From the human T2T-CHM13v2.0 reference genome, Homo sapiens: 64,000 bases of DNA. The position numbers and the translations under genes were made by a program. Location of the stretch: the NCBI RefSeq assembly GCF_009914755.1, contig NC_060948.1; one strand, 5' to 3'. This document shows, in pieces, positions 47,301 to 62,300 of the stretch (position 1 is its first letter; every line of letters begins with the position of its first letter). The notes under the pieces were generated by a model that saw nothing but the letters and a program-made list of their open reading frames with translations, was not told the origin of the DNA and searched no databases.

Positions 47301-50300
47301 TGGTGTAGTATGCAATGCAATCGACTGGCAGGGAATCAAAAGGAATGTAATCGAATGGATTGGACTGGAATGCAATGGACTCGAATAGATTGGAAACGGA
47401 ATGCAAAGGAATGGAATGGAATAGTATGGAATGGAATGGAAAGGAATGGAGTGGAATAGACTAGAGTGGAATGGAATGGACTCGAAAGCAATGGACTGGA
47501 ATGGAACTTTCTTGAATGGACTGGAATCAAACGGAATGGACTGCAATGCAATCAAATGGCATGGAATAAAATAGAATGAAAGAGAATCAAACGGAATTGA
47601 ATCGAATGGAATCGAATGGATTGGAAAGGAATAGAATGGAATGGAATGGAATTGACTCAAATGGAATGGACTAGAATGGAATGGATTCGAATGGAAGGCA
47701 AAGGAATGGAATCTATTGGAATGGACTGTAATGGAATGGAATGGAAGGGATTGGAATGGACTCGAATGGAATGGACTGCAATAGAAAGGATTCGAATGGA
47801 ATGAAAAAGAATTGAATGGAATAGAACAGAATGGAATCAAACCTCATGAAATAGAATGGAATAGAAAGGAATGGAATGAAATCGAATGGAAAGGATTCGA
47901 ATGGAATGCAATCGAATGGAATGCAATCGAATGGAATGGAATCGAACGGAATGGAATAAAATGGAAGAAAACTGGCAAGAAATGGAATCGAAATGAATGG
48001 AGTGTTAAGGAACGGACTCAAAAGGAATTGAATGTAATAGAATGGAGTGGAGTAGACTCGAATATAATGGACTGGAATGGAATGAAATCACATGGAATGG
48101 GAACGAATGGAATGGAATGGAAAGGAATGGAATCGAATGGAAAGGAATCGAATGGAAGGGAATGAAATTGAATGAACAGGAATGGAAGGGAATAGAATAG
48201 ACGGTAATGGAATGGACTCGAATAGAATGGACACGAATGCTCAAATTGAATGGACTCGAATGGAATGGAAATGAAAGGAATGTCATCGAATGCAATTCAA
48301 TCGATTGGAATGAAATCGCATAGGATGGAGTGGAATCAAATGGAATTGAATCGAAAGGAAAAGAAGCGAATTGACTGAAATGAAATGGAATGGAATTGAA
48401 TGGAAAGTAATGCAACGGAATAGAATGGAATGAAATTTCACGGAATGGAATCAAACTGAATGGAATCAAATCAATGGAATATAATCAAATGGAATGGAAA
48501 GGAATTGAATGGAGTAGATTGTATTGGATGGGATTGGAATGAAATGTACTGGAAAGGACTCGAATTTCATGAAACGGAATGGAATGTATTAGAACGGAAT
48601 GGACTCGAATGGAATTGAATGTCACGGAATGGCATCAAATGGAATGGCATCAATTGGAATGGAATCGAATGCAATGGAATGCTATGGAATGGAATGGAAT
48701 GCATTGGAATGGAATGTCCTCTAATGGAATGGATTCGAGTGGAATGGAATCGAATATAATGGAGTCTAATGAAATGGAATTGAAAGGAATGGGATCCAAT
48801 ACAATGGAATATACTGGAATGTAATGTAATGAACTCGAATGTAATTGACTGGAATGGAATGTACATGAATGGAATGTAATCGAATGGAAAGTAATCCAAT
48901 GGAATAGAATCTAATGCAATAAAATCGACTCAAATAGAGTAGAATGTAATGGAATGGAGTGCAGTGCAATGGAATGGAATGGAATGGGATGGAATGGTAT
49001 GGAATGGATAGTAATGGACTGGAGTGAAATGGACTGGAAAATAATGGACTCAAATTGAAAGGGCTCGAAAGGAATGGAGTCAAATGGAATGGTCTGGAAT
49101 GGAATGAACACGAATGTAATGCAATCCAATAGAATGGAATCGAATGGCATGGAATATAAAGAAATGGAATCGAAGAGAATGGAAACAAATGGAATGGAAT
49201 TGAATGGAATGGAATTGAATGGAATGGGAACGAATGGAGTGAAATTGTATGCAGTAGAAGAGAATAGAATGGAATGCAAGCGAAAGGAAAGGAATGGATT
49301 GGAATGGAATGGAATTCATTGGAATGGAAGGGAATGTAGTGTAATGGACAGGCCTGGAATAAAGTGGAATGCTACGGTCTCGAATGGAATAAAAATGTAT
49401 GGAATGGAATGCAATGAAACGGAATCGAATGTCATAGAAGTAATGGAATGCAAAAAAATGGACTCCAAAATCATTGACTGGAAAGGCTGGGTGTCGAAAG
49501 GAATTTACTCCAATGGAATGGAATCGAATGGAATGGAAGTGAATAGAATCGAACTAAATCGAATGGAATGGAATTGATAGGAACGGAATGGAAAGGAATG
49601 CAATGATTTCGCATGGAATGGAATCGAATGGCATCGAATGGAATGGAATGGAATGCAATGGAATGGAATGTATTAAAATGTAATGAACTTTAATGGAATG
49701 TACTCGAATGGATTCGACTGGAATGGAATGTTCTCGAAGTGAATGGACTCCAATGGAATGGATTCGAAAGGAATGGAATCTAATGGAATGGAATTAAATG
49801 GAAATGAATCAAATTGAATAGAACGGAATTGAATTGAATGGAATCGAATGCAATGGAATCTAATGAAACGGAAAGGAAAGGAATGGAATGGAATGGAATG
49901 GAATGGGCTGGAATGGAATGGAATCGAAACGAATGGAATGGAATCGAACTGAAGAGACTGGAATGGAATACACTGGAATGGAAGGGAATGTAATGGAAGG
50001 TTCTCGAAAAAATGTAATTGAAAGGAATGGAATTGAGTGGAACGGAATAGAGTCGAATGGAATTCAATGGAATGGAATGGACTAGAGTGAAATGGAATCG
50101 AACCACAAGGAATGGACAGGAATAGAATGGTCTCGAATTGAATGGAATCGTATGGAATGGCATCAAACGGAATGGAATGGACAGCCACGGAATGGAATGC
50201 ACTCGAATGCAATGGAGTCGAAACTAATGGACTGGAATAGAATGGACTCGACTGGTACGGACTCCAATGGAATGGAATCGAATGGAAGGGAATCGAACGG

Positions 50301-53300
50301 AATGGACTCGAAGGGAAAAGACTGCAATGGAAAGGTCTCGAATGGAATGGAAATTAATGGAATGGAATGGAATCGAATGAAATGGAGTCAAAAGGAATGG
50401 AATCGAATGGCAAGAAATCGGATGTAATGGAATCGCAAGGAATTGATGTGAACGGAACGGAATGGAATGGAATCCAAAGGAATGGAATAGAATGGAATGG
50501 AATCGAATGGAAAGGACTCGAATGGAAATCACTCGAATAGAATGCAATTTAATAAAATAGGATCAAATGTAATGGAATGGAATGGAAAGGAATCGAAACG
50601 AAAGGAATGGAGACAGATGGAATGGAATGGAACAGAGAGCAATGGTATAGAATGGAATGGAATCATCTGGAATGGAATTGAATGGAATGGAATAACATGA
50701 AATGGACTGGAATGGAATGGAATGCCCTTGAATTAAATGGACTGGAATGGAATGGACTCGAACAGAGTGGAATGGAAAGTGTTGAAATAGAATGGAATGG
50801 ACTCGTTTGGAATGGTCTAGTATGCAATGCAATCGACTGGCAGGGAATCAAAAGGAATGTAATCGAATGGATTGGACTGGAATGCAATGGACTCGAATAG
50901 ATTGGAAACGGAATGCAAAGGAATGGAATGGAATAGTATGGAATGGAATGGAAAGGAATGGAGTGGAATAGACTAGAGTGGAATGGAATGGACTCGAAAG
51001 CAATGGACTGGAATGGAACTTTCTTGAATGGACTGGAATCAAACGGAATGGAATGTAATGCAATCAAATGGCATGGAATAAAATAGAATGAAAGAGAATC
51101 AAATGGAATTGAATCGAATGGAATCGAATGGATTGGCAAGGAATAGAATGGAATGGAATGGAATTGACTCAAATGGAATGGACTAGAATGGAATGGATTC
51201 GAATGGAAGGCAAAGGAATGGAATCTATTGGAATGGACTGTAATGGAATGGAATGGAAGGGATTGGAATGGACTCGAATGGAATGGACTGTAATAGAAAG
51301 GATTCGAATGGAATGAAAAAGAATTGAATGGAATAGAACAGAATGGAATCAAATCGAATGAAATGGAATGGAATAGAAAGGAATGGAATGAAATGGAATG
51401 GAAAGGATTCGAATGGAATGCAATCGAATGGACTGGAATCGAACGGAATGGAATAAAATGGAAGAAAACTGGCAAGAAATGGAATCGAAATGAATGGAGT
51501 GTTATGGAACGGACTCAAAAGGAATTGAATGTAATAGAATGGAGTGGAGTGGACTCCAATATAATAGACTGGAATGGAATGAAATCACATGGAATGGGAA
51601 CGAATGGAATGGAATGGAAAGGAATGGAATCGAATGGAAAGGAATCGAATGGAAGGGAATGAAATTGAATCAACAGGAATGGAAAGGAGTAGAATAGACG
51701 GTAATGGAATGGGCTCGAATAGAATGGACACGAATGCTCAAATTAAATGGACTCGAATGGAATGGAAACGAAAGGAATGTCATCGAATGGAATTGAATCG
51801 ATTGGAATGAAATCACATAGAATGGAGTGGAATCAAATGGAATTGAATCGAAAGGAAAGGAAGCGAATGGACTGAAATGAAATGGAATGGAATTGAATGG
51901 AAATTAATGCAATGGAATAGAATGGAAAGAAATTTCACGGAATGGAATCAAACTGAATGGAATCAAATCAATGGAATATAATCAAATGGAATGGAAAGGA
52001 ATTGAATGGAGTAGATTGGATTGGATGGGATTGGAATGAAATGTACTGGAAAGGACTCGAATTTCATGAAACGGAATGGAATGAATTAGAACGGAATGGA
52101 CTCGAATGGAATGGAATATCACGGAATGGCATCAAATGGAATGACATCAATTGGAATGGAATCGAATGCAATGGAATGCTATGGAATGGAATGGAATGCA
52201 TTGGAATGGAATGTCCTCTAATGGAATGGATTCGAGTGGAATGGAATCGAATATAATGGAGTCTAATGAAATGGAATTGAAAGGAATGGGATCCAATACA
52301 ATGGAATATACTGGAATGTAATGTAATGAACTCGAATGTAATTGACTGGAATGGAATGTACATGAATGGAATGTAATCGAATGGAAAGTAATCCAATGGA
52401 ATAGAATCTAATGCAATAAAATCGACTCAAGTAGAGTAGAATATAATGGAATGGAGTGCAGTGCAATGGAATGGAATGGAATGGAATGCAATGGAATGGA
52501 ATGGAATGGAATGGAATGGAATGTGATGGAATGGTATGGAATGGATAGTAATGGACTGGAGTGAAATGGACTGGAAAGGAATGGACTCAAATTGAAAGGG
52601 CTCGAAAGGAATGGAGTCAAATGGAATGGTCTGGAATGGAATGAACACGAATGTAATGCAATCCAATAGAATGGAATCGAATGGCATGGAATATAAAGAA
52701 ATGGATTCGAAGAGAATGGAAACAAATGGAATGGAATTGAATGGAATGGAATTGAATGGAATGGGAACGAATGGAGTGAAATTGTATGCAGTAGAAGAGA
52801 ATAGAATGGAATGCAAGCGAAAGGAAAGGAATGGATTGGAATGGAATGGAATTCATTGGAATGGAAGGGAATGTAGTGTAATGGACAGGCCTGGAATAAA
52901 GTGGAATGCTACGGTCTCGAATGGAATAAAAATGTATGGAATGGAATGCAATGAAACGGAATCGAATGTCATAGAATGTAATGGAATGCAAAAAAATGGA
53001 ATCCAAAATCATTGACTGGAAAGGCTGGGTGTCGAAAGGAATTGACTCCAATGGAATGGAATCGAATGGCATGGAAGTGAATAGAATGGAACTAAATCGA
53101 ATGGAATGGAATTGATAGGAACGGAATGGAAAGGAATGCAATGATTTGGCATGGAATGGAATCGAATGGCATCGAATGGAATGGAATGGAATGCAATGGA
53201 ATGGAATGTATTAGAATGTAATGAACTTTAATGGAATGTACTCGAATGGATTCAACTGGAATGGAATGTTCTCGAAGTGAATGGACTCCAATGGAATGGA

Positions 53301-56300
53301 TTCGAAAGGAATGGAATCTAATGGAATGGAATTAAATGGAAATGAATCAAATTGAATAGAACGGAATTGAATTGAATGGAATCGAATGCAATGGAATCTA
53401 AAGAAAAGGAAAGGAAAGGAATGGAATGGATTGGAATGGAATGGGCTGGAATGGAATGGAATCGAAACGAATGGAATGGAATCGAACTGAAGAGACTGGA
53501 ATGGAATGCACTGGAATGGAAGGGAATGTAATGGAAGGTTCTCAAGAAAAATGGAATCGAAAGGAATGGAATTGAATGGAACGGAATAGAGTCGAATGGA
53601 ATTCAATGGAATGGAATGGACTAGAGTGAAATGGAATCGAACCACAAGGAATGGACAGGAATAGAATGGTCTCGAATTGAATGGAATCGTATGGAATGGC
53701 ATCAAACGGAATGGAATGGACAGCCACGGAATGGAATGCACTCGAATGCAATGGAGTCGACACTAACGGAGTGGAATAGAATGGACTCGACTGGTACGGA
53801 CTCCAATGGAATGGAATCGAATGGAAGGGTATCGAACGGAATGGACTCGAAGGGAAAAGACTGCAATGGAAAGGTCTCGAATGGAATGGAAATTAATGGA
53901 ATGGAATGGAATCGAATGAAATGGAGTCAAAAGGAATGGAATCGAATGGCAAGAAATCGAATGTAATGGAATCGCAAGGAATTGAAGTGAACGGAACGGA
54001 ATGCAATGGAATCCAAAGGAATGGAATAGAATGGAATGGAATCGAATGGAAAGGACTCGAATGGAAATCACTCGAATAGAATGCAATTTAATAAAATAGG
54101 ATCAAATGTAATGGAATGGAATGGAAAGGAATCGAAACGAAAGGAATGGAGACAGATGGAATGGAATGGAACAGAGAGCAATGGTATAGAATGGAATGGA
54201 ATCATCTGGAATGGAATTGAATGGAATGGAATAACATGAAATGGACTGGAATGGAATGGAATGCCCTTGAATTAAATGGACTGGAATGGAATGGACTCGA
54301 ACAGAGTGGAATGGAAAGTGTTGAAATAGAATGGAATGGACTCGTTTGGAATGGTCTAGTATGCAATGCAATCGACTGGCAGGGAATCAAAAGGAATGTA
54401 ATCGAATGGATTGGACTGGAATGCAATGGACTCGAATAGATTGGAAACGGAAAGCAAAGGAATGGAATGGAATAGTATGGAATGGAATGGAAAGGAATGG
54501 AGTGGAATAGACTAGAGTGGAATGGAATGGACTGGAAAGCAATGGACTGGAATGGAACTTTCTTGAATGGACTGGAATCAAACGGAATGGAATGCAATGC
54601 AATCAAATGGCATGGAATAAAATAGAATGAAAGAGAATCAAATGGAATTGAATCGAATGGAATCGAATGGATTGGAAAGGAATAGAATGGAATGGAACGG
54701 AATTGACTCAAATGGAATGGACTAGAATGGAATGGATTCGAATGGAAGGCAAACGAATGGAATCTATTGGAATGGACTGTAATGGAATGGAATGGAAGGG
54801 ATTGGAATGGACTCGAATGGAATGGACTGCAATAGAAAGGATTCGAATGGAATGAAAAAGAATTGAATGAAATAGAAGAGAATGGAAACAAATCGAATGA
54901 AATGGAATGGAAGAGAAAGGAATGGAATGAAATGGAATGGAAAGGATTCGAATGGAATGCAATCGAATGGAATGGAATCGAACGGAATGGAATAAAATGG
55001 AAGAAAACTGGCAAGAAATGGAATCGAAATGAATGGAGTGTTAAGGAACGGACTCAAAAGGAATTGAATGTAATAGAATGGAGTGGAGTGGACTCGAATA
55101 TAATGGACTGGAATGGAATGAAATCACATGGAATGGGAACGAATGGAATGGAATGGAAAGGAATGGAATCGAATGGAAAGGAATCGAATGGAAGGGAATG
55201 AAATTGAATCAACAGGAATGGAAGGGAGTAGAATAGACGGTAATGGAATGGACTCGAATAGAATGGACACGAATGCTCAAATTGAATGGACTCGAATGGA
55301 ATGGAAACGAAAGGAATGTCATCGAATGGAATTGAATCGATTGGAATGAAATCGCATAGAATGGAGTGGAATCAAAAGGAATTGAATCGAAAGGAAAGGA
55401 AGCGAATGGACTGAAATGAAATGGAATGGAATTGAATGGAAAGTAATGCAATGGAATAGAATGGAACGAAATTTCACGGAATGGAATCAAACTGAATGGA
55501 ATCAAATCAATGGAATATAATCAAATGGAATGGAAAGGAATTGAACGGAGTAGATTGGATTGGATGGGATTGGAATGAAATGTACTGGAAAGGACTCGAA
55601 ATTCATGAAACGGAATGGAATGAACTGGAACGGAATGGAATCGAATGGAATGGAATGTCATGTAATGGCATCAAATGGAATGGAATCGAATGCGATGGAA
55701 TGCTATGGAATGGAATGGAATGCATAGGAATGGAATGTCCTCTAATGGAATGTATTCGAGTGGAATGGAATCGAATATAATGGAGTCTAATGAAATGGAA
55801 TTGAAAGGAATGGGACCGAATACAATGGAATAAACTGGAATGTAATGTAATGAACTCGAATGTAATTGACTGGAATGGAATGTACATGAATGGAATGTAA
55901 TCGAATGGAAAGCAATCCAATGGAATAGAATCTAATGCAATAAAATCGACTCAAATAGAGTAGAATGTAATGGAATGGAGTGCAGTGCAATGGAATGGAA
56001 TGGAATGCAACGGAATGGAATGGAATGGAATGGAATGGGATGGAATGGTATGGAATGGATAGTAATGGACTGGAGTGAAATGGACTGGAAAAGAATGGAC
56101 TCAAATTGAAAGGGCTCGAAAGGAATGGAGTCAAATGGAATGGTCTGGAATGGAATGAACACGAATGTAATGCAATCCAATAGAATGGAATCGAATGGCA
56201 TAGAATATAAAGAAATGGAATCGAAGAGAATGGAAACAAATGGAATGGAATTGAATGGAATGGAATTGAATGGAATGGGAACGAATGGAGTGAAATTGTA

Positions 56301-59300
56301 TGCAGTAGAAGAGAATAGAATGGAATGCAAGCGAAAGGAAAGGAATGGATTGGAATGGAATGGAATTCATTGGAATGGAAGGGAATGTAGTGTAATGGAC
56401 AGGCCTGGAATAAAGTGGAATGCTACGGTCTCGAATGGAATAAAAATGTATGGAATGGAATGCAATGAAATGGAATCGAATGTCATAGAATGTAATGGAA
56501 TGCAAAAAAATGGACTCCAAAATCATTGACTGGAAAGGCTGGGTGTCGAAAGGAATTGACTCCAATGGAATGGAATCGAATGGCATGGAAGTGAATAGAA
56601 TGGAACTAAATCGAATGGAATGGAATTGATAGGAACGGAATGGAAAGGAATGCAATGATTTGGCATGGAATGGAATCGAATGGCATCGAATGGAATGGAA
56701 TGGAATGCAATGGAATGGAATGTATTAGAATGTAATGAACTTTAATGGAATGTACTCGAATGGATTCGACTGGAATGGAATGTTCTCGAAGTGAATGGAC
56801 TCCAATGGAATGGATTCGAAAGGAATGGAATCTAATGGAATGGAATTAAATGGAAATGAATCAAATTGAATAGAACGGAATTGAATTGAATGGAATCGAA
56901 TGCAATGGAATCTAATGAAAAGGAAAGGAAAGGAATGGAATGGATTGGAATGGAATGGGCTGGAATGGAATGGAATCGAAACGAATGGAATGGAATCGAA
57001 CTGAAGAGACTGGAATGGAATGCACTGGAATGGAAGGGAATGTAATGGAAGGTTCTCAAGAAAAATGGAATCGAAAGGAATGGAATTGAATGGAACGGAA
57101 TAGAGTCGAATGGAATTCAATGGAATGGAATGGACTAGAGTGAAATGGAATCGAACCACAAGGAATGGACAGGAATAGAATGGTCTCGAATTGAATGGAA
57201 TCGTATGGAATGGCATCAAACGGAATGGAATGGACAGCCACGGAATGGAATGCACTCGAATGCAATGGAGTCGACACTAACGGAGTGGAATAGAATGGAC
57301 TCGACTGGTACGGACTCCAATGGAATGGAATCGAATGGAAGGGTATCGAACGGAATGGACTCGAAGGGAAAAGACTGCAATGGAAAGGTCTCGAATGGAA
57401 TGGAAATTAATGGAATGGAATGGAATCGAATGAAATGGAGTCAAAAGGAATGGAATCGAATGGCAAGAAATCGAATGTAATGGAATCGCAAGGAATTGAA
57501 GTGAACGGAACGGAATGCAATGGAATCCAAAGGAATGGAATAGAATGGAATGGAATCGAATGGAAAGGACTCGAATGGAAATCACTCGAATAGAATGCAA
57601 TTTAATAAAATAGGATCAAATGTAATGGAATGGAATGGAAAGGAATCGAAACGAAAGGAATGGAGACAGATGGAATGGAATGGAACAGAGAGCAATGGTA
57701 TAGAATGGAATGGAATCATCTGGAATGGAATTGAATGGAATGGAATAACATGAAATGGACTGGAATGGAATGGAATGCCCTTGAATTAAATGGACTGGAA
57801 TGGAATGGACTCGAACAGAGTGGAATGGAAAGTGTTGAAATAGAATGGAATGGACTCGTTTGGAATGGTCTAGTATGCAATGCAATCGACTGGCAGGGAA
57901 TCAAAAGGAATGTAATCGAATGGATTGGACTGGAATGCAATGGACTCGAATAGATTGGAAACGGAAAGCAAAGGAATGGAATGGAATAGTATGGAATGGA
58001 ATGGAAAGGAATGGAGTGGAATAGACTAGAGTGGAATGGAATGGACTGGAAAGCAATGGACTGGAATGGAACTTTCTTGAATGGACTGGAATCAAACGGA
58101 ATGGAATGCAATGCAATCAAATGGCATGGAATAAAATAGAATGAAAGAGAATCAAATGGAATTGAATCGAATGGAATCGAATGGATTGGAAAGGAATAGA
58201 ATGGAATGGAACGGAATTGACTCAAATGGAATGGACTAGAATGGAATGGATTCGAATGGAAGGCAAATGAATGGAATCTATTGGAATGGACTGTAATGGA
58301 ATGGAATGGAAGGGATTGGAATGGACTCGAATGGAATGGACTGCAATAGAAAGGATTCGAATGGAATGAAAAAGAATTGAATGGAATAGAACAGAATGGA
58401 ATCAAATCGAATGAAATGGAATGGAAGAGAAAGGAATGGAATGAAATGGAATGGAAAGGATTCGAATGGAATGCAATCGAATGGAATGGAATCGAACGGA
58501 ATGGAATAAAATGGAAGAAAACTGGCAAGAAATGGAATCGAAATGAATGGAGTGTTATGGAACGGACTCAAAAGGAATTGAATGTAATAGAATGGAGTGG
58601 AGTGGACTCGAATATAATGGACTGGAATGGAATGAAATCACATGGAATGGGAACGAATGGAATGGAATGGAAAGGAATGGAATCGAATGGAAAGGAATCG
58701 AATGGAAGGGAATGAAATTGAATCAACAGGAATGGAAGGGAGTAGAATAGACGGTAATGGAATGGACTCGAATAGAATGGACACGAATGCTCAAATTGAA
58801 TGGACTCGAATGGAATGGAAACGAAAGGAATGTCATCGAATGGAATTGAATCGATTGGAATGAAATCGCATAGAATGGAGTGGAATCAAATGGAATTGAA
58901 TTGAAAGGAAAGGAAGCGAATGGACTGAAATGAAATGGAATGGAATTGAATGGAAAGTAATGCAATGGAATAGAATGGAACGAAATTTCACGGAATGGAA
59001 TCAAACTGAATGGAATCAAATCAATGGAATATAATCAAATGGAATGGAAAGGAATTGAATGGAGTAGATTGGATTGGATGGGATTGGAATGAAATGTACT
59101 GGAAAGGACTCGAAATTCATGAAACGGAATGGAATGAACTGGAACGGAATGGAATCGAATGGAATGGAATGTCATGGAATGGCATCAAATGGAATGGAAT
59201 CGAATGCGATGGAATGCTATGGAATGGAATGGAATGCATAGGAATGGAATGTCCTCTAATGGAATGTATTCGAGTGGAATGGAATCGAATATAATGGAGT

Positions 59301-62300
59301 CTAATGAAATGGAATTGAAAGGAATGGGACCGAATACAATGGAATAAACTGGAATGTAATGTAATGAACTCGAATGTAATTGACTGGAATGGAATGTACA
59401 TGAATGGAATGTAATCGAATGGAAAGCAATCCAATGGAATAGAATCTAATGCAATAAAATCGACTCAAATAGAGTAGAATGTAATGGAATGGAGTGCAGT
59501 GCAATGGAATGGAATGGAATGCAACGGAATGGAATGGAATGGAATGGAATGGGATGGAATGGTATGGAATGGATAGTAATGGACTGGAGTGAAATGGACT
59601 GGAAAAGAATGGACTCAAATTGAAAGGGCTCGAAAGGAATGGAGTCAAATGGAATGGTCTGGAATGGAATGAACACGAATGTAATGCAATCCAATAGAAT
59701 GGAATCGAATGGCATGGAATATAAAGAAATGGAATCGAAGAGAATGGAAACAAATGGAATGGAATTGAATGGAATGGAATTGAATGGAATGGGAACGAAT
59801 GGAGTGAAATTGTATGCAGTAGAAGAGAATAGAATGGAATGCAAGCGAAAGGAAAGGAATGGATTGGAATGGAATGGAATTCATTGGAATGGAAGGGAAT
59901 GTAGTGTAATGGACAGGCCTGGAATAAAGTGGAATGCTACGGTCTCGAATGGAATAAAAATGTATGGAATGGAATGCAATGAAACGGAATCGAATGTCAT
60001 AGAATGTAATGGAATGCAAAAAAATGGACTCCAAAATCATTGACTGGAAAGGCTGGGTGTCGAAAGGAATTGACTCCAATGGAATGGAATCGAATGGAAT
60101 GGAAGTGAATAGAATCGAACTAAATCGAATGGAATGGAATTGATAGGAACGGAATGGAAAGGAATGCAATGATTTGGCATGGAATGGAATCGAAAGGCAT
60201 CGAATGGAATGGAATGGAATGCAATGGAATGGAATGTATTAGAATGTAATGAACATTAATGGAAAGTACTCGAATGGATTCGACTGGAATGGAATGTTCT
60301 GGAAGTGAATGGACTCCAATGGAATGGATTCGAAAGGAATGGAATCGAACGGAATGGAATTAAACGGAAATGAATCAAATAGAATAGAACGGAATTGAAT
60401 TGAATGGAATCGAATGCAATGGAATCTAATGAAACGGAAAGGAATGGAATGGAATGGGCTGGAATGGAATGGAATCGAAACGAATGGAATGGAATCGAAC
60501 TGAAGAGACTGGAATGGAATGCACTGGAATGGAAGGGAATGTAATGGAAGGTTCTCGAAAAAAATGGAATCGAAAGGAATGGAATTGAATGGAACGGAAT
60601 AGAGTCGAATGGAATTCAATGGAATGGAATGGACTAGAGTGAAATGGAATCGAACCACAAGGAATGGACAGGAATAGAATGGTCTCGAATTGAATGGAAT
60701 CGTATGGAATGGCATCAAACGGAATGGAATGGACGGCCACGGAATGGAATGCACTCGAATGCAATGGAGTCGAAACTAATGGACTGGAATAGAATGGACT
60801 CGACTGGTACGGACTCCAATGGAATGGAATCGAATGGAAGGGAATCGAACGGAAGGGAATCGAACGGAATGGACTCGAAGGGAAAAGACTGCAATGGAAA
60901 GGTCTCGAATGGAATGGAAATTAATGGAATGGAATGGAATCGAATGAAATGGAGTCAAAAGGAATGGAATCGAATGGCAAGAAATCGAATGTAATGGAAT
61001 CGCAAGGAATTGATGTGAACGGAACGGAATGGAATGGAATCCAAAGGAATGGAATAGAATGGAATGGAATCGAATGGAAAGGACTCGAATGGAAATCACT
61101 CGAATAGAATGCAATTTAATAAAATAGGATCAAATGTAATGGAATGGAATGGAAAGGAATCGAAACGAAAGGAATGGAGACAGATGGAATGGAATGGAAC
61201 AGAGAGCAATGGTATAGAATGGAATGGAATCATCTGGAATGGAATTGAATGGAATGGAATAATATGAAATGGAATGGAATGGAATGGAATGTCCTTGAAT
61301 TAAATGGACTGGAATGGAATGGACTCGAACAGAGTGGAATGGAAAGTGTTGAAATAGCATGGAATGGACTCGTTTGGAATGGTGTAGTATGCAATGCAAT
61401 CGACTGGCAGGGAATCAAAAGGAATGTAATCGAATGGATTGGACTGGAATGCAATGGACTCGAATAGATTGGAAACGGAATGCAAAGGAATGGAATGGAA
61501 TAGTATGGAATGGAATGGAAAGGAATGGAGTGGAATAGACTAGAGTGGAATGGAATGGACTCGAAAGCAATGGACTGGAATGGAACTTTCTTGAATGGAC
61601 TGGAATCAAACGGAATGGAATGCAATGCAATCAAATGGCATGGAATAAAATAGAATGAAAGAGAATCAAACGGAATTGAATCGAATGGAATCGAATGGAT
61701 TGGAAAGGAATAGAATGGAATGGAATGGAAATGACTCAAATGGAATGGACTAGAATGGAATGGATTCGAATGGAAGGCAAAGGAATGGAATCTATTGGAA
61801 TGGACTGTAATGGAATGGAATGGAAGGGATTGGAATGGACTCGAATGGAATGGACTGCAGTAGAAAGGATTCGAATGGAATGAAAAAGAATTGAATGGAA
61901 TAGAACACAATGGAATCAAACCTCATGAAATAGAATGGAATAGAAAGGAATGGAATGAAATCGAATGGAAAGGATTCGAATGGAATGCAATCGAATGGAA
62001 TGCAATCGAATGGAATGGAATCGAACGGAATGGAATAAAATGGAAGAAAACTGGCAAGAAATGGAATCGAAATGAATGGAGTGTTAAGGAACGGACTCAA
62101 AAGGAATTGAATGTAATAGAATGGAGTGGAGTGGACTCGAATATAATGGACTGGAATGGAATGAAATCACATGGAATGGGAACGAATGGAATGGAATGGA
62201 AAGGAATGGAATCGAATGGAAAGGAATCGAATGGAAGGGAATGAAATTGAATCAACAGGAATGGAAGGGAATAGAATAGACGGTAATGGAATGGACTCGA

